From the NCBI RefSeq assembly GCF_006345805.1, contig NC_043001.1, forward strand, positions 25,420,001-25,484,000: a stretch of DNA of 64,000 nucleotides, written 5' to 3'. This stretch comes from Octopus sinensis. Lineage: Eukaryota. The notes below the pieces were generated by a model that saw nothing but the letters and a program-made list of their open reading frames with translations, did not search any database and was not told the origin of the DNA. Shown here in pieces: positions 13,662 to 64,000 of this stretch; position 1 is the stretch's first letter, and the number at the start of each line of letters is the position of its first letter. The position numbers and the translations under genes are program-made.

Positions 13662-14050
13662 ACAGGAGTGGCTGTGTGGTAAGTAGCTTGTTTACCAACC
13701 ACATGGTTCCGGGTTCAGTCCCACTGCGTGGCACCGTGGGCAAGTGTCTTCTACTATAGCCTCGGACGAACCAAAGCCTTGTGAGTGGATTTGGTAGACG
13801 GAAACTGAAAGAAGCTCGTCGTATATATGTATATATGTATGTGTGTGTGTTTGTGTGTCTGTTTGTCCCCCTAGCATTGCTTGACAACCGATGCTGGTGT
13901 GTTTATGTCCCCATCACTTAGCGGTTCGGCAAAAGAGACCGATAGAATAAGTAGTAGGCTTACAAAGAATAAGTCCCTGGGTCGATTTGCTCGACTAAAG
14001 GCAGTGCTCCAGCATGGCCGCAGTCAAATGACTGAAACAAGTAAATAAAA
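13662..14050 (+). mobile_element. Family A SINE
   Basis: Full copy. Confidence 0.9.
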
Positions 14051-14330
14051 AAATATATATATATATTGTGATAGTGTTTCTAACACAACAAATCTATAAA
14101 GAGATTTTATCTCAGACAATTCCACACCACCATCGTTTAATGTTTGCCTTCCATGTTGGCAGGAGTTGAACTGGTTGACAGGAGCTGGGCAAGAAGACTG
14201 CACCAGACTTCTGTCTGTTTTGATATGGTTCTTATGGCTGGATGCCCTTCCCAACACCAATCAGTTCATGGAGTGGACTGGATGCCTTTTTATGTGCACC
14301 AGCAAGCCTTCTGATGGTATTCATACTTAA

Positions 14331-14594
14331 GGCGGTGAGCTGGCAGAAACGTTAGCACGCCGGGCGAAATGCGTAGCAGTATTTTGTCTGTCGTTACGTT
14401 GTGAGTTCAAATTCCGCCGAGGTCGACTTTGCCTTTCATCCTTTCGGGGTCGATAAATTAAGTACCAGTTACACACCGGGGTTGATAAATTAAGTACCAG
14501 TTACACACTGGGGTCGATGTAATCGACTTAATACCTATGTCTGTCCTTGTTTGTCCCCTCTATGTTTAGCCCCTTGTGGGTAATAAAGAAATAG
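14331..14594 (+). mobile_element. Family D SINE with TSD
   Basis: ggcggtgagctggcagaaacg..gagttcaaattcc..aataaagaaata; flanked by GGTATTCATAC on both sides; internal 32-bp duplication. Other decayed copies at ~8975-9370, 10615-10815, 11345-11448, 13287-13583, 16393-16560, 44050-44235, 60800-61010, 61577-61790 and 63555-63770. Confidence 0.85.
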
Positions 14595-15764
14595 GTATTC
14601 ATACACTTAATATGATACACAGACAGTGATATTTATTTAATGGTGTTTCAGCTGCATATAGTGAAACATATATACATAGATATATCCATACACATGACAG
14701 GCTTCTTCAGTTTCCATCTGCCAAATATGTTCACATGGTTTTGGTTGGTCTGGGGTTATAGTTGCAGATATTTGGAACTGAACCCAAAAGCATGTGACTG
14801 AGATGCAAACTTCTTAACTTCTTGCCTTTTTCTAAAATTTAATGAATTCGTATCAACTAGCATCCAGCACAAGAAGAAATATTTCACACTTGATAGGCAC
14901 AGACTTAGCCATGTTACAAAGAAGTTTGTTTGGCAACCACATATTCGAAGGTTTGTTGCCAGTTGCATTGACAATGTTGGCTGGTGTCCGCTTCTATAAC
15001 CTGAGGTTGACCACTAGTGAAGTTTGGTGGATGAAAACTGGAAGAAGGCTACCATGTATGTGTGTGTGTGTGTGCACACATGTGAGTAGGCATGCACTGA
15101 CTTGACATGTATGAGCTACTGTAGGCAGAAAAATCACTGCTCATACAAATGATGTCATTTGTTTATACTCCTCCACAAAAAACATGTCTCTGCTGTTTGT
15201 TGTTCAACAGACAAAGGATCTCTTACTTTGCTTGGAAACAGGGGAAAGGTGGCACAGGAAGAACATCTGGACATAGAAAATCTATTTCAGCTAAAATATT
15301 ATCTGACCCATGCAAACATAGAAAAGTGGACAATAAAACAATGATACGTTTAGTGTACACAAAATTGAAAAGACAGTATATTTAAAACATAGCTTTTCAC
15401 ACCTACCTGTGTTCAATATTGTATATCAACATAGTGATTCTTTTATTTCTACTTTGGTAAATACCATGAAGTCTATGCTTAGTCAAGGAGGTCTAATAAC
15501 ATGAAAACATGTCCAGAGTTGTCTCCCATACCTTATTTTACATTGCACTTTGTGACTGATAAATATCATTGATTGAAGATTTTCCAACAAATCAATAACT
15601 GGTAAGTTACATTTAAAATGATGAATGACAAGGAATTCTCTGTGCAATTCAGTATTGAACAAATACTGCACAGAGTATTTTTATTTGAAAACATTGGTTT
15701 TTCAAGGTTCTTGTTCATGTTTACATCTTTTGGCAAAAGATATACAAATATGTATACATAGTGT

Positions 15765-16135
15765 GATACCAGTGCCGGTGGCACGTAAGAGAACCATCTG
15801 AACGTGGCCATTGCCAGCGCTGCCCCGACTGGCCTCCGTGCCGGTGGCATGTAAAAAGCACCATCCGATCGTGGCCGTTTGCCAGCCTCATCTGGCACCT
15901 GTGCCAGTGGCACGTAAAAAGCACCATCCGATCGTGGCCGTTTGCCAGCCTCGTCTGGCACGTAAAATGCACCCACTACACTCAGAGTGGTTGGTGTTAG
16001 GAAGGGCATCCAGCCGTAGAAACACTGCCAGATCAGACTGGGCCTGGTGCAGCCTTCTGGCTTCCCAGACCCCAGTTGAACCGTCCAACCCATGCTAGCA
16101 TGGAAAGCGGACGTTAAACAATGATGATGATGATA
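15765..16135 (+). mobile_element. Family B RTE-tail repeat
   Basis: Diagnostic core and (GAT)n tail. Confidence 0.85.
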
Positions 16136-17133
16136 TGTCAGTTAATAAGAGTTGTGCTTCCTTTTGCATTACTTTTTTTGCATTACTGAATTTCAACACT
16201 AACAATATGCAGGGTAAAAATGCATATATTTTAAGGTATATCAGAACATTTTAGAGGTTAACAACTGAATTCCATTGTTGTAAAATCTATGTATAGGTAA
16301 TGTTCCTTATCTACTGCCTCTTATTAATTTCACTCCTATCAACTTTTCCCTAAAGAAAGGCTCTGTCTGAAATGTTAAATTTTTCACTCCTTAAGCAGTG
16401 AGCTGGCAGAATCATTAGCACACCAGGTGAAATGCTTCATGGTATTTTGTCTATTTTCACATTCTGAGTTCAAATTCTGCCGAAGTCGACTTTGCTTTTC
16501 ATCCTTTTGGGGTCAATAAAATAAGTACTAGTTGAGCACTGGGGTTAATGCAATTCACGTAACTACTCCTGGGTAAGAGCATAATAAACTCCACCCCTCT
16601 GCCGAGCCATGTTGATCCAGTGTGGTAGAGTAGGCTTATCAAACCAGTATGACCGGCTCAAATTCACTGCTTCCATATCAGACTATGATTGGTGGAGAAA
16701 ATATGCTGAGGCCATTGTCCTGGACTGAACATAGACAATCCATTCCAAAATGGTAACTTTACTTGACTCTTTTTGTTGATTTTACTAAATAACAATTACT
16801 TGGATACCTGCAAACAATAGGAAAGTGTGGGGCAAACTAGTGGGGGAGCTTTTGTGTTCTTTCTTGACCTACTAGATATAGCAGCAAAATTAACTACAAA
16901 CTACACCCTAGCATCTAAAAAAAAAAGACGTATTGGGTTAGATGATCTTAGCTTCTTAACACGTGGAAAAAAGATGGAATGGTCATAGTAGGAAGGTGAT
17001 CAGAAGTCTGTTTGACCTGAATTGAAAACAACAGCATCAACAACATAACAGTAAGCAGGGAAATCCTATTTCAATCAATCAATGTAACACCTTTCAAATA
17101 AAAGAAAACAAATTCAGTTTCAAAATTTTAACC

Positions 17134-17139
17134 TTTATT
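17134..17139 (-). terminator. Candidate CKAP5 polyadenylation signal (AATAAA)
   Basis: Minus strand gggaAATAAAggtt followed by a U-rich tract; implies a ~1.1-kb 3' UTR. Other signals are possible. Confidence 0.4.
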
Positions 17140-18177
17140 TCCCTGAAACAAATTTACTGATATTTAAAAAATATATATATCAAACTTAAAGGGGTCAGTG
17201 GTTTTATTTTGTAGCCATTGAAGCCTAAATTCAGAGGGTGTGTTGTTGTAACAAAGAATAAATATTTACAAAAAAAAAAAAAACATAAGAAAGCAAAGAC
17301 CCTCATATTTCCTACATATGTTACCTTATTCTTCAGGTTGGTAGAATCAGCATTAAAAAACTGGGAAGAAAAAGCTGTATTTCCTATTTTGGTTTAAATA
17401 ATAATAATAATGATGATATTAAAAGCAATTGGTAATAGACGGAATTAAACCCTCCATCATTTTCACAGAAATAGGCCCGAAATTTTTCAGAATGAAGGAG
17501 TAAAATAAAAATATGAATTGCTTTTGTCCAGTTGCTTTCAACAGCAACAAATTAGTTTATGAATTGAACAGCTATTTGTTTCGCAAAACTATTCAATAGA
17601 AATGTAAGAAAGCAGGTTAGGGTGATGTGAGGTTAGAGAATACACACCATCAGGAGATTAAGATACCTTTGGTAATTAAAAAAAAAAACAGAAAACAAGA
17701 GTAGAAATTAAATGGACGATAAGTAACCAAGATTCAGTACCAATTTTTCAGTGAGAACCAATTGAAGCTCCCAAACTTTTCAGCTGACATAAATGAATAA
17801 AGAAGAAATGCATCAACATTTTTTAAGTGTTATGTGCAACAAACATCTCATCCTCTTCTGTTACATTACTAAAATGTAGCAACACACAAACATTTACGTA
17901 CACATATATACATACACATACATACACACATACATACATACATAATACATATATATATATATATATATATATAAATATATACATACACACACACATATGT
18001 ATATATATAAAATCAACATGCTTTTTTTTTCCCCCAGATATCTCTGAGTAACTCTGAAATGGCAGTTCATTTGCTGAATAGCTTTGCAATATATATATAT
18101 ATATATATATATAGTACAACTCTACATCATCAGTCCATAAGGAAGCAACTGGCCTGAAGGTATTGCTCAAGTTATAT

Positions 18178-18209
<32 letters not shown>

Positions 18210-18257
18210 GTCTATATATATATATATGAAACCACTCAAACATCCACTTTCACTCCA

Positions 18258-60805
<42,548 letters not shown>

Positions 60806-61030
60806 TCAAATTTTGGCACAAGGCCAGCATGTTTGGGAAAGGGGTAAGTTGATTACATCAACCTCAATGTTTAACTGGTACTTATTTTATCAACCCTGAA
60901 AGGATGAAAGGCAAAGTCACCCTTGGCAGAATTTGAACTCAGAACGTAAAGACAGGCAGAATGGTGCTAAGCATTTTGCCATGTGCTAACAATTCTACCA
61001 GCTTGCTGCCTTAACCATATATTATATTAA

Positions 61031-61250
61031 CCCTTTCATTACTGTATTTATGTTGAGATGCTCTGTGTTTCTTTCAATTACTTTAAATACAACAAATAAT
61101 TTAATAAAATAACTTCGTTATCATTCAGTTAGTGTTAGGAACACAAATTGTGACTAAGGTTTGGTGGAAGATTTTAATTCAGAACTTATGAAAACAAAAC
61201 ATTTGTACTCAGAGCCAGAGCCAGTTTCAGCCGGATTGGTAATGAAAGGG
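61031..61250 (+). mobile_element. piggyBac-type MITE (220 bp, intact)
   Basis: TTAA|CCCTTTCATTAC...GTAATGAAAGGG|TTAA. Confidence 0.85.
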
Positions 61251-61361
61251 TTAACATGCATAAATCAAAGCTGGTAATGTGATGTTAATAATGAACAAAT
61301 ATCTGTTGCTGATATTTCAATCAAAACAACAATTTCTCATTGCATAGTTTATAATCTAGAA

Positions 61362-61537
61362 CAGCGCTTCTTAAACTATGGGTCACAAAGCGAAATGCTG
61401 GAGTCACGAAAATTAAATTCAAACACTTGAATTTCAGTTTATATGTTATTTCACAAATGTATATTTAATACCTGAGGTTGCAAAAAATCTGGTGATGAAA
61501 AATGGGGTCATGAATGAAAAAAGTTTAAGAAGTGCTG
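61362..61537. mobile_element. hAT-type MITE (176 bp)
   Basis: TIR CAGCGCTTCTTAAACT / AGTTTAAGAAGTGCTG; 8-bp TSD ATCTAGAA / ATCTACAA. Confidence 0.8.
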
Positions 61538-62574
61538 ATCTACAAGAAATATTGTAATTATTAGAAAATATAATATTGGTTTCAAATTTTGGCAGAGGGC
61601 CAGCAATTTTAGGGGAAGGGTAAGTCAGTTACATCAACCTCAGTATTCAACTGGTACTTATTATATTGACCCCTAAAAGGGATGAAAGGTGAAGTTGACC
61701 TCAGCAGAATTTGAACTCAGAATGTGAAGACGGATGAAATGCCACTAAGCATTTTGCCCTGGTGCTAACAATTCTGTCAGCTCACCTTCTTATGATAAGC
61801 AGACATAATATTAACAAAAGAGGAGATTAGGCAGAAGTAAACAACATTACATCTATTTAAAGCATCTAGCTCAGTGCATCTTAAAGTGGATGGTACCAAC
61901 CCCTAGGGGTGGTAGAAAAAAATAGTTGCCGGGGGAGTGGGGAAATCTATACATCTGTACAGTTTTTTAGTGTAACATGTAACATAATGAGAAACTGCTT
62001 CTTAACCACATGCACAACAATAACAACAACATGAACTTAGAAATGTGAATAACTAAATAAACAAAACAGGGAGGTGTTGTGGTAAGAAGTCACTGACTGC
62101 AAACAAGTAACCGGAACTAAATTACTATGGCTTGACACTATGTGTATGTACATTAACCCTCTTGAGACTAACCCATCTGGCATTGCTTCTGGTTTTATTA
62201 TGCAAATTTCCTGCTTCAAAAGGGACCTACATTTATACCTGCCATCAAAATTTCATGTTTCAGACACTAACTTAACAGTGACTAATTCATTTTAAATTCA
62301 TTATTTTCAAAATTAACAGAAACAAATGCAGCGTATTTCAACAGAAATACCGTAACAAAAAGGTTAAAAATGGATTGGGGGGGGGTGAATTATAGCAAGG
62401 TGGCACTGAAAGAAAGAGATAATAAAAAAAAAGAGGTAATAATAAAAAAAAAGTTTGAGAAGCACTAATCTAGCTCGTAGTAAAATATAAGTAATTCAAT
62501 TATTTTAAAACATTCTGATAATTTGAATTTTTAACATATTTTGTAATCATGCCAGCTAATAACATTAAAATTAA

Positions 62575-62950
62575 TCATTATCGTTTAATGTCTGCTTTCC
62601 ATGCTGGCATGGGTTGGATGGTTTGACTGAGGAATGGTAAGGCTGCATCAGGCTCCAATCTGATCTGGCAAAATTTCTACAATTGGATGCTCTTCCTACA
62701 ATGCCAACCACTCCAAGAGTGTAGTGGGTGCTTTTTACATGCCACCAGCATGGGATGGGGGGAGGACAGTCAGGCGGCACTGGCATCAACTACATTTGAA
62801 CGGTACTTTTTACAAGTGCTTTTTATGTGCCACCAGCACAGGTGCCAGTCAGGTGGTATTGGCATCAACCACGACAATGATTTTACTTGACTCAACAGGT
62901 CTTCTCAAGCACAGCATATTGCCCAACGATTGAAGGGTACTCTTAAATGA
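62575..62950 (-). mobile_element. Family B RTE-tail repeat, decayed
   Basis: Reverse-complement core and UTR. Confidence 0.75.
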
Positions 62951-63083
62951 GCCACTTATGTAACACTGGCACGGGCCATGGCCACAATCTGAACATTAAA
63001 TATTTGATATTCAGAATACTTGTATGTTTTATGTCAACCAATTTAGATAATACTTAATATACTAAATTAACAAGAAAAATATT

Positions 63084-63235
63084 AGGAGTGGCTGTTTGGT
63101 AAGTAGCTTGTTTACCAACCACATGGTTCCGGGTTCAGTCCCACTGTGTGGCACCTTGGGCAAGTGTCTTCTACTATAGCCTCGGTTTGACCAAAGCCTT
63201 GCATTTGGTAGACGGAAACTGAAAGAAGCCCGTCG

Positions 63236-63272
<37 letters not shown>

Positions 63273-63481
63273 ATATGTTTGTGTGTCTGTGTTTGTCCCC
63301 CCAACATCGCTTGACAACCGATGCTGGTGTGTTTATGTCCCCATCACTTAGCAGTTCGGCAAAAGAGACGGATAGCATAAGTACTGGGCTTACAAAGAAT
63401 AAGTCCTGGGGTCGAGTTGCTCGATTAAAGGCGGTGCTCCAGCATGGCCTCAGTCAAATGACTGAAACAAGTAAAAGAGTA
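63084..63481 (+). mobile_element. Family A SINE
   Basis: Full copy. Confidence 0.9.
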
Positions 63482-63987
63482 TTATCTTGGAAATCTTTTA
63501 ATTACCAATTTTAGATGAGATTCCCAGATTTCATTCATTTGTTTCATAAAGAAAGCAAGCTGGCAGAATCATTAGTGCATTAATGATTAATAGCATTTCT
63601 TCCAATACTACATTCTGAGTTCAAGTACTGTTAAAGTCAACTTTACCTTTAATCCTTTCGAGGTAAATAGGATAAAGTATCAGCCACATACTGGGGTTGG
63701 TGCAATCAACTAGTTACCCTGCCCACACACAAAATTACAGGCCTTGTGCCAAAATTTGAAACCATTATTTTGTTTGATGATTATATCTGTTCTACATGAA
63801 ACTACTGCACAAATCAGCAGTTCACTGCAAGTATTAATCCAAGCTAAACTGCAATGTCTGCATAAAAGTTATTTTTCTAATATAGCATGAGTGAGATGAT
63901 TTTAGAATAGAAATTGTTGATGTTGCCAACATGATACTTGCTTTTTTTTTTTCTTTCATTTTTTAAGTTGGATAACCTTCCAATGAC

Positions 63988-64000
63988 CTGTTCAGACATG
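63988..64000 (-). CDS. CKAP5: Possible 3' end of the preceding CKAP5 exon (..MSEQ), cut by the window edge
   Basis: C ATG TCT GAA CAG|gtcatt would join in phase 0 to VIHSAF, matching human ..TAEQ-VVSMAF. Only 13 nt are visible and the donor is weak. Confidence 0.3.

Noticed and set aside
15566-16098. ORFs MGWTVQLGSGKPEGC..., MDGSTGVWEARR... and MLFMCQTR... recurring across the window
   Set aside because: Translations of the family B RTE 3' UTR repeat.

Overview
AT-rich, repeat-dense animal genomic DNA; the SINE/LINE repertoire suggests octopus (inference). The main gene is the 3' part of CKAP5 (ch-TOG/XMAP215/mini spindles) on the minus strand. I traced by hand 27 constitutive-looking coding exons plus one predicted 15-nt microexon from 60652 down to the TGA stop at 18258. 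Phases join in one frame (3825 nt, 1274 aa: end of TOG3, TOG4, TOG5, the C-terminal helical domain and the tail). One intron is GC-AG, and the 5' part of the gene lies beyond the window. The introns and the region 3' of the gene contain tRNA-type SINEs, RTE/RTE-X/CR1 LINE fragments, a deleted piggyBac and its MITEs, a Tc1 fragment, a hAT MITE and a non-autonomous Helitron. The standout is a ~2.1-kb array (38424-40547) of ~362-bp monomers in a CKAP5 intron. Each monomer carries, on the CKAP5 sense strand, a minimal type I hammerhead ribozyme with a compensatory U3-A8 core and a palindromic ACGCGU helix III. The array has a 13-bp target-site duplication and a 5' inversion, consistent with a retrotransposed multimeric ribozyme RNA (non-LTR retrozyme or Penelope-dependent element). 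Also notable are the DFDDL microexon with a downstream UGCAUG motif, a perfect 258-bp intronic palindrome and a second ~238-bp tandem array. Most short ORFs in the supplied track are read-throughs of SINEs or microsatellites. Repeat boundaries are approximate unless TIRs or TSDs are quoted.
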